In this document: positions 40,460-53,782 of the stretch, one piece after another
Position numbering within the stretch: the first letter of the stretch is position 1
How the letters are laid out: each line of letters starts with the position of its first letter
Translations under genes and position numbers: made by a program
Source of the DNA: Lachnospiraceae bacterium
GTDB lineage: Bacteria > Bacillota > Clostridia > Lachnospirales > Lachnospiraceae
Length of the DNA: 64,000 nucleotides
Direction: 5' to 3'
Assembly: GCA_015056885.1 (NCBI GenBank)
Contig: SVFL01000010.1
Span: 6,606-70,605, forward strand
Notes under the pieces: model-generated
Told to the model about the DNA's origin: nothing
The model's input: the letters and a program-made list of their open reading frames with translations, nothing else
Databases searched by the model: none

Positions 40460-42985
40460 TCACCTCCTCGTGTAGGTAACAAAATTATTACCGTTTTTAA
40501 TAAACCACTCCGCGGAATCATTCATGCCCTTCTTGGATAATGATCCATCGGCAGGATTCATCACAACAATATTAAACTCATTGAAACCGGTAATCAAAAC
40601 AGCTTCTCCGCTATCTAACATAGCCAGTACCGGAATATCCTGATTGACATAGTAAAGCACTGTATCCATCTCACAGCCTGCCAAATCCAGAATCTGTGCA
40701 TCTTCCAGATTTTCCTCCAGGATTCCCATAACCGTCTGACCTTCCGCCAAAAGATATTCTGAATTGCGCATGATACCTTCATAAGCAAGAATGGTATCCA
40801 GACACACCGCCAGACTATTCTTCTCCTCTGTCACTTTTTGAGCCGTAATGGCCATAATCTGGTTGCGTGCCATACGATTGCCCTTGCGCCACACAGTATT
40901 TCCGTCCTGATTGACCACTACACCGGAAATCTCATTCGCAAGTTCTATCGCCTTAGCAGGTGAGGTATAAATACCTTCCACACCATAGGCACCATAAACA
41001 TAATATTTCAAAGCCTGACTTCTCGATTCAAGCATCAACTCTCTTCCACCCTCAAAAACAACTTCCTTAGGCGTCAGAATCTGAATCGTCTTACTGTCAA
41101 TATTTTCCCTTGCCTGAATTTGTACATATCTTTCATAAATATCAATGCTGGGCGCTACAATCTTGTACTGATGCTCCTCGACCTCGACATTATTCATAAT
41201 GTGATCTTCCATAGCTTCTTTATAGTCTCCGTCAGCCTTCTTTTGCACTCTCTCCAGCGTAATTTGATTCGCCTCTACACTGCAGTCTACCACGTACATA
41301 TTTTCCTGACTGTAGTCCATCAATATTTTGCCATTTGAATCACAGATACAAATCTTATACATGGGGAAGAAAATTCTTCCTGAATTCTCCCTGTAAACAT
41401 CTGTCTGTTTCGCCACACCATAAATGATATCCTCTCCCATAAAGCCCAAAGGACGAATGGCATCTGTGGTATCAACCGTAATAACACTTTCCTTTTCTGT
41501 ATTCAGATTTCGTACATTTAACTGATTACTGTGATAAATATCCTCATTATCCTGCCAGACAATAATTCGATTATCCTCAGATACTTGCAAGCTATCATCC
41601 AGCGTACTTTCCACCAATGGATAATAGGTCTTATTCTGTAAATCAATTTTGTACACCACATCTTCAAGCATCAGATAAAGTTTCTGTTCACGGTTTAAAT
41701 AAAGCAATTGCTCCATCTGCGGTTTCAGAACCGTATAACTCTTGTTGTATGGAATATATACATTTTCCTCAATTGTATTAAGGGCACTGCTATAGGTATA
41801 TATCTGAATGCCAACCTCGCCTTCATGTCGGCCACGGTTCATATAGCCATACACAGCAAAACTTACATCTCCACCTTCTGTAACATCCAGAATTTTGATA
41901 GAATGACCATTATACATGCTCCGCATGTCTGTATTTTCTTCATCATAAAAACTAAAAATAACGGTAATCTTGTTAGCCGTTTCGTTATAACAGTAAAGTT
42001 GATTATCTACCTCAAACACTACATTACTGCCATCTTCGCTCTCCATCAGAGGGATATCTGTGCCTGTTATTCCCAACAAAATCTTATCATTGGCATACAT
42101 ACGGTCCGAATCGGCAATTTGAGTCATAGTACGCTCATAGTCTAAAAGATACATTCTTTCTGCAGTGTGACGCACACGATAATGCTCCCTGACACGATAA
42201 TAGGTAATTCCCTTGCCGGTTCCTGTAGAAACAACATAATCTATCAATACAGATGCTGTCTGCTCTCCTATTTCTGTCAGAGAAATGACAGGTTCTGTCA
42301 CTTCCTTCACATCCAGACTTCCCCAAGTAATCTGTTTAAAACTGCTATGAATATTCACTTTATGAAAGGAACTGTTGTCCTCCAGCTGGGAATTGGTCTC
42401 CAGATATTTTGTCAGTTCCTTTGCAGCCTCTTTGTTGTAAAGTCTTTCATGAAAATCCGTCACAAAAGCAAGCTTTTCATCCACATACAGTTCATCACTC
42501 CACACAACACGCGTGTAATAATACACCGGTTGTGTATCATCCAACGTCAGCTTAAACATCAGTGAATATTCTGTATCCTTTTCTATCAAATCTTTTAGCG
42601 TAATATTCGCCAAAAGTTTCTTTTTACCCGCGGAATAATCCGTCACCTCTGTCTGTTCAACCAAACGGTCTCCATCTATACTTCGAACCTCAATGGCAAG
42701 ACCTGTTACATTCCGGCCATACGTATCTACCTCCACTGATACACTTCGACGTTCATCCAAAACAGTCACTGTATCCCGCATGGAAGAGGTATCCATAACC
42801 TGAGTATAGCCATGAAGTTCATTGTAACGAACTCCCTCCCGCTCCATAATCATAATGGGCAGGGTTGCCTTGGCCATCTCCATGGTCATATTGTTATGAT
42901 CCTTATTCATAATTTTGCCTGCCACTACCAGTGTAATGACAAATACGGACATAAAAACTGCCAGTTTAATCAGTGTTCTCTTCAT
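40460..42985 (-). CDS. Large exported/membrane-anchored hypothetical protein (propeller-like middle, C39-like C-terminus)
   Basis: N-terminal TM/signal, 841 aa, overlaps the upstream gene; domain calls are inferred. Confidence 0.7.
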   Translation of the reverse strand: MKRTLIKLAVFMSVFVITLVVAGKIMNKDHNNMTMEMAKATLPIMIMEREGVRYNELHGYTQVMDTSSMRDTVTVLDERRSVSVEVDTYGRNVTGLAIEVRSIDGDRLVEQTEVTDYSAGKKKLLANITLKDLIEKDTEYSLMFKLTLDDTQPVYYYTRVVWSDELYVDEKLAFVTDFHERLYNKEAAKELTKYLETNSQLEDNSSFHKVNIHSSFKQITWGSLDVKEVTEPVISLTEIGEQTASVLIDYVVSTGTGKGITYYRVREHYRVRHTAERMYLLDYERTMTQIADSDRMYANDKILLGITGTDIPLMESEDGSNVVFEVDNQLYCYNETANKITVIFSFYDEENTDMRSMYNGHSIKILDVTEGGDVSFAVYGYMNRGRHEGEVGIQIYTYSSALNTIEENVYIPYNKSYTVLKPQMEQLLYLNREQKLYLMLEDVVYKIDLQNKTYYPLVESTLDDSLQVSEDNRIIVWQDNEDIYHSNQLNVRNLNTEKESVITVDTTDAIRPLGFMGEDIIYGVAKQTDVYRENSGRIFFPMYKICICDSNGKILMDYSQENMYVVDCSVEANQITLERVQKKADGDYKEAMEDHIMNNVEVEEHQYKIVAPSIDIYERYVQIQARENIDSKTIQILTPKEVVFEGGRELMLESRSQALKYYVYGAYGVEGIYTSPAKAIELANEISGVVVNQDGNTVWRKGNRMARNQIMAITAQKVTEEKNSLAVCLDTILAYEGIMRNSEYLLAEGQTVMGILEENLEDAQILDLAGCEMDTVLYYVNQDIPVLAMLDSGEAVLITGFNEFNIVVMNPADGSLSKKGMNDSAEWFIKNGNNFVTYTRR

Positions 42986-44138
42986 TTAACAATTGCTCCA
43001 ATGTCGGTTCAATATGCAAAAGCTCCTCCACCCTACTGATATCAGACGTAGCCCCTTTGCTCTTAATAACGTTACCTGTTTTTTTCACCGCACGAATCAA
43101 CAAATTTTTCGGAGTATGTTCCATGTCAATAAACTCCAAAATCTGCGTATCATAGCCCTGCTGCTCTAAGAGATTTGCTCGCAGTGCATCTGTAATAAGC
43201 GCTGCCATACGCTCCTTTATCAAACCATATTTTAATACCGGCTGTAAAACCTCGCTTCGAATCTGACTGTTTAATTCATGCTGACAACAGGGTACAGCCA
43301 AAATAACCTTTGCTCCCCATTTCACTGCCTTTTCCAACGCATAATCCGTAGCCTTATCGCAGGCATGAAGACTGACCACCATGTCCACCTCCGTGGCTCC
43401 CTCATAGGTACTGATGTCACCTCTTTCGAATTTCAGCCTGTCATACCCCAACTTCTCTGCCAATTCATTACAATGTTTAATAACGTCTGTTTTTAAATCA
43501 AGACCGGTTACCTCTATATCCCGCCCCTGTAACTCGTGCAGATAATAATACATGGCAAATGTCAGGTAGGATTTGCCACAACCAAAATCTATGATTCTAA
43601 GGGTTCTATCCTTGGGCAACGCCTCCAGCACATCCTCAATAAACTCCAGATAACGGTTAATCTGTCGGAACTTATCGTATCTGGTCTTGTTGACCTTGCC
43701 ATCGGGAGTCTGAACCCCAAGTCCCACAAGGAAATCCACCGGTGTACCGTCCATGAGAATATACTGCTTGGTACGGTTGTGGGAAAGCTCCTGCTTGCGT
43801 GCTTCGGAAGTTTTCGCTGTCCGCTTTACCTTCAGGGTCACTTTACCCTTTTTGCTTACAAGCACCGTAGCCTCAAGCCCTTCCGCTTTTATCTCACCTT
43901 GCCTGAACAAGACAGATAGACGTTCCAAAATACGCTCACGCATCTTGTCCGCTGTCAGATTCTCATGAAACACCTGCGTTCCCAAATAGAGTGTCTCTTG
44001 AAATACCAGTTCCTCTTTTAACAGCACAGGGCGCACCTTTACCTTGGTGCCCTGTGCCTTGTCTTTGGAGTTACTAAGAATAATCTGCTGTAAATCTATA
44101 TTCAAAATTTCTTCTAATAGTCTGCTTAATTCAACCAA
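42966..44138 (-). CDS. SAM-dependent methyltransferase
   Basis: KFRQINRYLE, IIDFGCGKSYL, SLHACD, PCCQHE, EHTPKN; probable TTG start at 44138. Confidence 0.88.
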   Translation of the reverse strand: MVELSRLLEEILNIDLQQIILSNSKDKAQGTKVKVRPVLLKEELVFQETLYLGTQVFHENLTADKMRERILERLSVLFRQGEIKAEGLEATVLVSKKGKVTLKVKRTAKTSEARKQELSHNRTKQYILMDGTPVDFLVGLGVQTPDGKVNKTRYDKFRQINRYLEFIEDVLEALPKDRTLRIIDFGCGKSYLTFAMYYYLHELQGRDIEVTGLDLKTDVIKHCNELAEKLGYDRLKFERGDISTYEGATEVDMVVSLHACDKATDYALEKAVKWGAKVILAVPCCQHELNSQIRSEVLQPVLKYGLIKERMAALITDALRANLLEQQGYDTQILEFIDMEHTPKNLLIRAVKKTGNVIKSKGATSDISRVEELLHIEPTLEQLLNEENTD

Positions 44139-44550
44139 AAATTCGTCCTCTTCTGCCTCCGTGCCTGCGCTTATATATTTCATTGCACAAAAGCACTTGA
44201 ATCATATCTGTAATCCAGCTCCATTTTTCTGCCGGAATCCGATCCTCTTCCGGTTTTTCATTATCCTCATTTTGCAATACTTTTACCATCCCGTCTACCA
44301 TTCGACGAAGACTTCCCACATCAGGGTACTCATCATAAATCATACTACCCTCATAATCCATTTTGTCCAAAATCTCAGCCACTCTGCGCTGATACCGCTT
44401 AACCTCTCCCGGGTACGCTTGCTGCAGATATTCCATATCCCGCACCAGTTCCCGTTCCCGCTCTGCACCCAAATACCCCGGATATGTCATATAATACGGA
44501 AGGGGAATCTGACTGGGAAAACTATGGAGGATTCTTGGTTTATAGTCCAT
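44131..44550 (-). CDS. Hypothetical protein, possibly sporulation-related
   Basis: 139-aa ORF (YLQQAYP, DKMDYEGSMIYDEYPD); AC-N16-CATACTATA sigma-K-like sequence upstream. Confidence 0.65.
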   Translation of the reverse strand: MDYKPRILHSFPSQIPLPYYMTYPGYLGAERERELVRDMEYLQQAYPGEVKRYQRRVAEILDKMDYEGSMIYDEYPDVGSLRRMVDGMVKVLQNEDNEKPEEDRIPAEKWSWITDMIQVLLCNEIYKRRHGGRRGRIFG

Positions 44551-44714
44551 GCACCTTGCCTCGCAACCACTTTTTATTATAGTATGCGCAATATTTTTGT
44601 TGGTGTCTTTTCACTTATAATTTCCGAAGCATTGGACATATAGGTTTAAGAAGCTCTCAGGTGAATTATCCCCCAAGAGCTTCCCTTGTCATACATTTTA
44701 TATCAAAATGTTTT

Positions 44715-45119
44715 TTACTTCAATACTTCTATTCTTGCCATTGCACGCATAAGAGCTGCCTGGGCGCGAACCATGTCTGTCTCCGGATTATGACCTGCAA
44801 TACGTTCTTTTGCACGATTCATTGCTTCCTCAGCACGTTGCTCGTCAATCTCCTCCGGCCATTCAATAATCTCCGCCAGAATTGTTACCTTATCCGGCAA
44901 AATCTCTGCAAAGCCCGAGTGAAGCGCTGCCTCTTTCTCCTCTTCGCCATCGTTAAACACCAAAATACCCGGCTTAACGATGACCGTCAGGGGAATATGT
45001 CCCGGCAGCACACCTATTTCGCCCTCAGTCGTATTAAACTCCACCATGTCCACATCACCCTCGAAAAATATTCTGTCGGGTGTAATAATGCGCAGATGAA
45101 TATTGTGATTGTCTGCCAT
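44715..45119 (-). CDS. atpC: ATP synthase F1 epsilon subunit
   Basis: IITPDR, GEIGVLPGH; last gene of the atp operon. Confidence 0.96.
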   Translation of the reverse strand: MADNHNIHLRIITPDRIFFEGDVDMVEFNTTEGEIGVLPGHIPLTVIVKPGILVFNDGEEEKEAALHSGFAEILPDKVTILAEIIEWPEEIDEQRAEEAMNRAKERIAGHNPETDMVRAQAALMRAMARIEVLK

Positions 45120-45137
45120 GTCTCGGTCCTTTCCAGG

Positions 45138-46781
<1,644 letters not shown>

Positions 46782-46898
46782 ACAGTCAGCCACAGGCGCT
46801 TCGCGCCTCTCTCTACGGTATGATATCGCTACATCATATCGCACAACCGACACCCTTCGCCTGCCATCTTGCCACTTCTCAGTGTGGAGCACCTTGGA

Positions 46899-47184
46899 TA
46901 GAATACCTCTTTTGCATGTGCCCGTACTTTCTGCTGCGCCGCCGGTATTTCGAAAGTCAGCTGCATGTAGGTATTGTTCTCACAAAGGTCCGTACAAAAA
47001 CGTCGGTACTTGCTCGTAGCGGGATAAATCTGCTCGCAGAATTTATCCCGTGCGAGCTTAGTATCCGCTACGTTTTTGTCCGAGCGAGAGCGTGACCTTT
47101 TGAGAATAATACCTGCAGGCAGCGTTGCATTTGAAACACCGGCGGCGCCCACAGAAAATAGGGGCATATGCCGATGAAGTTCTA
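46899..47184 (+). repeat. Nested palindromic element, copy C (inverted relative to A and B)
   Basis: Arms GCATGTGCCC/GGGCATATGC, GCGCCGCCGGT/ACCGGCGGCGC, TGTAGGTATTGTTCTCA/TGAGAATAATACCTGCA, CGGGATAAAT/ATTTATCCCG; reverse-strand core GGTCA-CGCTCTCGCTCGG-ACAAAAA-CGTAGCGG...CCGACG-TTTTTGT-ACG-GACC. Confidence 0.88.
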
Positions 47185-48039
47185 GCCAAGTGCCTCCGCA
47201 CCTGCAATAATCTCTGTCAGCTCCTGTGTAATGGAGCCCTGTCTAGCTCTGTTATACTTAAGCGCCAAATCACTAATCATTTCCTCAGCGTTGCTGGTCG
47301 CATTATCCATGGCCTGCATACGCGCACCATTCTCACTGGCTACGGCCTCCATCATGGCTCCGTAAATCAGACTGGTGATGTACTTCGGAATCAGCATGTC
47401 CAAAGCCTCTGTATCCTGGGGCTCAAACTCCATAATTGCCTCTGCGCCACCCTTGCTCTCATCCTCCTTACTCTCAACAGGAAGAAGCTTAATAAGCTTA
47501 GGTTCATGGCTTACTGTGTTTTTGAAGGAGGTGTAGGCCAGATGAATCTCGCCGAATTCTCCCTCCTCAAAGGCTTTTAATAGTCTTGCGGACAAATCCA
47601 TTGCATCTGCATAAGAGGGACTGTCAATAACCTCCGGAAGGTTCTCTTTGATATTGTATCCGTTTCGGTTTAAAGTATCTCTACCCTTATTACCTAACGA
47701 ATAAATCACTAAATCTTCCTTTTTCCAAGTCTCATGTCTGGTCAAAAGCTTTGTTATATTGGAATTATAACCGCCTGCCAGACCTCGATTGGAGGTAATT
47801 ACAATTACAGCCTTCTTTTGAGACTCACCACCATTCAGATAACGATGGTCTACATGACCTACACGGGCCAGAATACTGTTGACCGTCTCATACATGCAGT
47901 CAAAATACACCTTGGTACGTTCTGCGTTTGCTTTGGCACGCTGCAGCTTAACCGTGGATACCAGTTTCATTGCCTTGGTGATCTGCTGAGTACCCTGAAT
48001 ACTGGTTTTCCGGCGCTTTATATCACGCATTGATGCCAT
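47182..48039 (-). CDS. atpG: ATP synthase F1 gamma subunit
   Basis: QITKAMKLV, NRGLAGGYN, YNRARQGSITQELTEI. Confidence 0.98.
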   Translation of the reverse strand: MASMRDIKRRKTSIQGTQQITKAMKLVSTVKLQRAKANAERTKVYFDCMYETVNSILARVGHVDHRYLNGGESQKKAVIVITSNRGLAGGYNSNITKLLTRHETWKKEDLVIYSLGNKGRDTLNRNGYNIKENLPEVIDSPSYADAMDLSARLLKAFEEGEFGEIHLAYTSFKNTVSHEPKLIKLLPVESKEDESKGGAEAIMEFEPQDTEALDMLIPKYITSLIYGAMMEAVASENGARMQAMDNATSNAEEMISDLALKYNRARQGSITQELTEIIAGAEALG

Positions 48040-48075
48040 AAATTACTCCTATCTGCCGTCCCTGCGGCAACGGGA

Positions 48076-49608
<1,533 letters not shown>

Positions 49609-50163
49609 TTAGCCAAGCTGAATCTGTAATAATTGTCTTGTCAAATCATCTAATTTGGAGCGGACACTGCTGTCCACAACTCTGTCATTAATACGGATAA
49701 CCATACCGCCTATCAGAGCAACATCTTCCTTAAAATCTGCCTCAATGCTCTTATATTTGGTAGTCTCCAAAAGTTTCGCCACTGTAGCCGCCTGCTGCTC
49801 TTTTGTGAGGGGCACTGCCGAAGTGATATGAGCGACACCGATTCCCTTTGCCTCCTTCACTCTTGCAATGAAGTATGCAAAAATCTCCTGAAGTTCGCTG
49901 TATCTCTCCTTCTGAATCACAATCTCCATCAGGCCGGTAAGTTCATTGCTCACTCTGCCCTTGAAAACATTCTCCATAGCAGTAACCTTGTCCTGCTTGG
50001 GAACGCCGGGATGCATCATCAGCTTGTCAAACTCCGGATTCTGTTTCAAAATGGCACCAACCTGCTCAACCTCTGCAAGCAGTCCATCCATTTTGGCTCC
50101 TCCGTTTTCCATGGCGATTTCAAATAGCGCTTCTCCATATGTCTTAGAAACTAATTTAGCCAT
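49609..50163 (-). CDS. atpH: ATP synthase delta subunit
   Basis: YGEALF, SAVPL, LIGGMVIRINDRVVDSSV. Confidence 0.95.
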   Translation of the reverse strand: MAKLVSKTYGEALFEIAMENGGAKMDGLLAEVEQVGAILKQNPEFDKLMMHPGVPKQDKVTAMENVFKGRVSNELTGLMEIVIQKERYSELQEIFAYFIARVKEAKGIGVAHITSAVPLTKEQQAATVAKLLETTKYKSIEADFKEDVALIGGMVIRINDRVVDSSVRSKLDDLTRQLLQIQLG

Positions 50164-50693
50164 GTATCCTTACCCATTTCCTTCAGAGTCTCGTCGATCA
50201 ACTGGTTCTGAACCTTGGTGTCAATAGATGCAGCCACAACCTTGCCTGCCATCAGAGACGCGACGGAGATAATCTCCTTCTTCATCTCATCGGACACCTT
50301 CTGTTTCTCAAGCTCAGCTTCCACGCGTGCTCTTTCCATAATACGAGCAGCTTCCTCTTTTGCCTGGGCGATAATCTGGTTCTCATTGGCAAGTGCCCTC
50401 TTGCGGGCATCGCTGAGAATACTCTCCACTTCCTTGTCGACGTCACGAAGCTTAACCTCGTACTCTTCACGTAAGCGGTTTGCCTCCTCCAAGTTCGCCT
50501 GGGCATCATCCAGCTCGCCTTTAATCTTGGCCTGACGGTCAGACAACATCTTGCGGGCCGGGTTAAACAGGAAGTAACTCATTACGGCAAACAGTACGAA
50601 AACTGCTATGAGAGACAATGTGGAATCAGCCAGCAACTGCCAGTCGATACCAAACATTCTTTCATAGGTTTCTCCTGCGGTTAATAGTATCAT
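50151..50693 (-). CDS. atpF: ATP synthase Fo b subunit
   Basis: Single TM, FNP..KMLSDRQ, long coiled coil; operon position. Confidence 0.94.
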   Translation of the reverse strand: MILLTAGETYERMFGIDWQLLADSTLSLIAVFVLFAVMSYFLFNPARKMLSDRQAKIKGELDDAQANLEEANRLREEYEVKLRDVDKEVESILSDARKRALANENQIIAQAKEEAARIMERARVEAELEKQKVSDEMKKEIISVASLMAGKVVAASIDTKVQNQLIDETLKEMGKDTWLN

Positions 50694-50728
50694 TTCTGCC
50701 TCCTTTCCGGTAATTTAGATACCGTATC

Positions 50729-50995
<267 letters not shown>

Positions 50996-51016
50996 CTAGA
51001 TTATACATATTATTTT

Positions 51017-51748
51017 TTAGGCCTCATCACCAATTGCATTGTTGATGTAGGTCATTGTCAGCATACAGAATACATAGGTCTGAATTGCTCCTGAGAACAA
51101 ATCAAAGTATACATGCAGTGCTGCGGGCCATGCCGTAGCAATTATACCCAGCAGACCATAAATCAAAGCCATCATAATCGTACCGGATAATACATTTGCA
51201 AACAAACGCAATGATAATGAAATCGGTACTGCAATCTCACTGATGATATTGATTGGTAACCATATGGGTAACCACGGTGGCAACGGGGAGCACATATCTG
51301 CCCATATTGCCTTCGGCTTCTGATACTTAAACTGATTATAATGAATCAGAATAAATGTCAATACACCCAAGGGCAATGTAACACCGTAATCTGCCGTGGG
51401 AGGTCTCAATCCCAGCAGTCCCGATATATTGCTAAACAGGATAAAAATAAATACGGTACCTACATAATTGTAGAATTTAACTGCATTTTTACCCATGGTG
51501 GAATTTACCATTCCATCCAACATTTCAACAATCAGTTCCACTACATTCTGAAAACCACCCGGCACTTCTGTGCCTTTTTTCATGGCTCGTCCCGCTGCTA
51601 TGGAGAATCCACATAAAACCAGAACCACCAGAAGCAGGCTGACATGTGTTGTTGTTAACCAGACCTCATGTCCGAAGAAATTATAGGACACCAAACCGTG
51701 CACCATAACATCTACCTCTGAGCCGGATAACAATACGCCATGAACCAT
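51017..51748 (-). CDS. atpB: ATP synthase Fo a subunit
   Basis: PPTAD, SLSLRLFAN, IQTYVF. Confidence 0.96.
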   Translation of the reverse strand: MVHGVLLSGSEVDVMVHGLVSYNFFGHEVWLTTTHVSLLLVVLVLCGFSIAAGRAMKKGTEVPGGFQNVVELIVEMLDGMVNSTMGKNAVKFYNYVGTVFIFILFSNISGLLGLRPPTADYGVTLPLGVLTFILIHYNQFKYQKPKAIWADMCSPLPPWLPIWLPINIISEIAVPISLSLRLFANVLSGTIMMALIYGLLGIIATAWPAALHVYFDLFSGAIQTYVFCMLTMTYINNAIGDEA

Positions 51749-51788
51749 ATCCTCACCTCCCTTTTTGAAATATAAGGCTTTTATCAGC

Positions 51789-52241
51789 CTATAGCTCTTC
51801 CTCTAACGGCTCCGGTATCGGATCCGTCTCATGAAAAAGCTTATTGTAGAGCTTATGAGTAAACGGTTGTGAGTAAACCGCTACTTTCATAATTAAAAGA
51901 TAACCCAGACAGACAATCACCGGGTTCAATACATCTGCCACTGCTGTAACTATAAGCAGCACGCACAAAGACACATAACGGATAATATATCCTCTGTAAA
52001 TAACTTTTGTAGCACTTTCTTCATCCAAATCCAGGCCTCGCTCCAGACATCTCAACATATGTGCCATGGATATCATAACACAGATACCGGCTACTGCCAG
52101 TCCAAGCATCCAGTCCACACGGCTTACCCCCCAGCTTGAAAGAGGTAATACAACACCTGTCAGAAGCGCCACCGTCGTCCAAAATACAACCCCTGTCTGA
52201 ATCTCCAGAAGTGTCCTATTTATTTCCCTCAGTTTTTTCAT
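51789..52241 (-). CDS. atpI: ATP synthase protein I
   Basis: Four TM helices, GYIIRY; directly upstream of atpB; start MKKLRE after GGAG. Confidence 0.75.
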   Translation of the reverse strand: MKKLREINRTLLEIQTGVVFWTTVALLTGVVLPLSSWGVSRVDWMLGLAVAGICVMISMAHMLRCLERGLDLDEESATKVIYRGYIIRYVSLCVLLIVTAVADVLNPVIVCLGYLLIMKVAVYSQPFTHKLYNKLFHETDPIPEPLEEEL

Positions 52242-52488
52242 CGGCCTTCTCCTCCGCCTCATACACCTTCTTGGCCATGCGGTAAACATTCTGCCCACCG
52301 GCGATAGCTCCCACAAAGAAAAGCAGAATCGTCCAAAAAGAAGTCCCGTATCTGCCGTCCAGCCAGATGCCAAGGGCAGACATCATGCATATGGGAACCA
52401 GCATATTGATACCAAACTGGGTAATCAACACCATAGAGCTGTACACGCTCCTGTCATATTTTGGATTATGCCTGCGCTTGTTTCCCAT
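52216..52488 (-). CDS. AtpZ/AtpQ-like small membrane protein
   Basis: TQFGINMLVPI, LGIWLD; two TM helices; first gene of the atp operon. Confidence 0.78.
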   Translation of the reverse strand: MGNKRRHNPKYDRSVYSSMVLITQFGINMLVPICMMSALGIWLDGRYGTSFWTILLFFVGAIAGGQNVYRMAKKVYEAEEKADEKTEGNK

Positions 52489-52647
52489 TTATTTCCTCAC
52501 GTTTTTGCACAATATGTCTAACATAATAAATTATACCCATTTTTCAATCAAATGTCTACACGAATCCAAATTTTTCATTGACTTGCAAATATATGGAGGT
52601 TAGTATTGAAATAAACATACCAAATAACACATAAAGGAAACTGTTTT

Positions 52648-53226
52648 ATGAAAAATCCGGAGCATTTTTCCATACGAATTGCTACAATCGGGGACGCTGA
52701 GGCTCTTTTGGCTATTTATACCCCCTACGTGGAGAACACCGTGATAACATTTGAATATCAGGCGCCTACTGTGGAAGAATTTCGAAGCCGCATCGAAAAC
52801 ACCCTCTCCCGCTATCCATATCTTGTGGCGGAAAGAGACGGTGAAATTCTCGGATATGCCTATGCTTCCGCCTTTAAATCACGCGCTGCCTACAGCTGGT
52901 CCGTAGAAACCTCCATTTATGTAAGCCAACATACTCGGCATGCCGGCATAGGCACTGCGTTGTACCAAACGCTGGAGCAATATCTGTCTCGCCAGAACAT
53001 CTGCAATCTCTGCGCCTGCATCGCATATCCTAATCCGGCAAGCGTAGCTTTTCATGAGCATTTCGGCTATACAAAAAACGCTCATTTTCATCAATCCGGC
53101 TACAAAAACGGACAGTGGGTCGATATGATTTGGATGGAGAAAACGTTATCTCCCCACACCAATCCACCTCTGCCTTTTATCCCTTTTCCGGAAATACAGA
53201 ACAACCACAAGGAGGATACGTTATGA
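52648..53226 (+). CDS. GNAT acetyltransferase (phosphinothricin/methionine sulfoximine type)
   Basis: IYTPYVENTVITFE, ILGYAYA, ETSIY, SVAFHEHFG, GYKNGQWVD. Confidence 0.88.
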   Translation: MKNPEHFSIRIATIGDAEALLAIYTPYVENTVITFEYQAPTVEEFRSRIENTLSRYPYLVAERDGEILGYAYASAFKSRAAYSWSVETSIYVSQHTRHAGIGTALYQTLEQYLSRQNICNLCACIAYPNPASVAFHEHFGYTKNAHFHQSGYKNGQWVDMIWMEKTLSPHTNPPLPFIPFPEIQNNHKEDTL

Positions 53227-53711
53227 CCACCGATACGCAATTAAAACTCTACCGCAAACGCTACATTCCTTCTGAATGTATCCCTTTAAACAGTGATGTC
53301 ATCGTAGAACAAAACGACGAATTTATTCTTACCACCTGGAAAACCATCAACCCCAAAACCACCTTCGACCATGGAAGCTCCTGTTACATGCTCAAAGAAG
53401 GGCTTAAAGTCAGCAAATTCTACCGTCCTGACGGCAACCTTTTGTACTGGTACTGCGACATTGTAAATTTTGAATATGACGAAACTCAAAACAGCCTGAC
53501 CGTAGTCGACCTGCTTGCAGACGTAGTAATTTATCCCGATGGCCGGGTAAAGGTGATGGACTTGGACGAACTTGCCGAAGCCCTGGAACGGGGTCTGATT
53601 ACACAAAAGCAACTGACTGCTGCTCTTCGTCAACTCAACTACCTGCTCACCATGCTGGATCGTGATAAATTTGACCGTCTTCAAGCAATATTGAATGATC
53701 GCGGATTATAA
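53223..53711 (+). CDS. DUF402 domain protein
   Basis: YWYCDI, VDLLADVVIYPDGRVKVMDLDEL; start ATG 53223 overlaps the upstream stop, AAGGAGG RBS. Confidence 0.82.
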   Translation: MTTDTQLKLYRKRYIPSECIPLNSDVIVEQNDEFILTTWKTINPKTTFDHGSSCYMLKEGLKVSKFYRPDGNLLYWYCDIVNFEYDETQNSLTVVDLLADVVIYPDGRVKVMDLDELAEALERGLITQKQLTAALRQLNYLLTMLDRDKFDRLQAILNDRGL

Positions 53712-53728
53712 AATATTGGAACACATAA

Positions 53729-53770
53729 AATGAGCCATGTCAGACAAAATAATGTCCGGCATGGCTCATT
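53729..53770. terminator. Bidirectional terminator
   Basis: AATGAGCCATG...CATGGCTCATT between convergent genes. Confidence 0.72.
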
Positions 53771-53782
53771 CTGATATACATT

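Noticed and set aside
46829-47167. 112-aa minus-strand ORF (and a 91-aa plus-strand ORF) in the atpG-atpD gap
   Set aside because: Both run through palindromic copy C, lack a good RBS and have no protein-like features; they are by-products of the GC-rich repeat.
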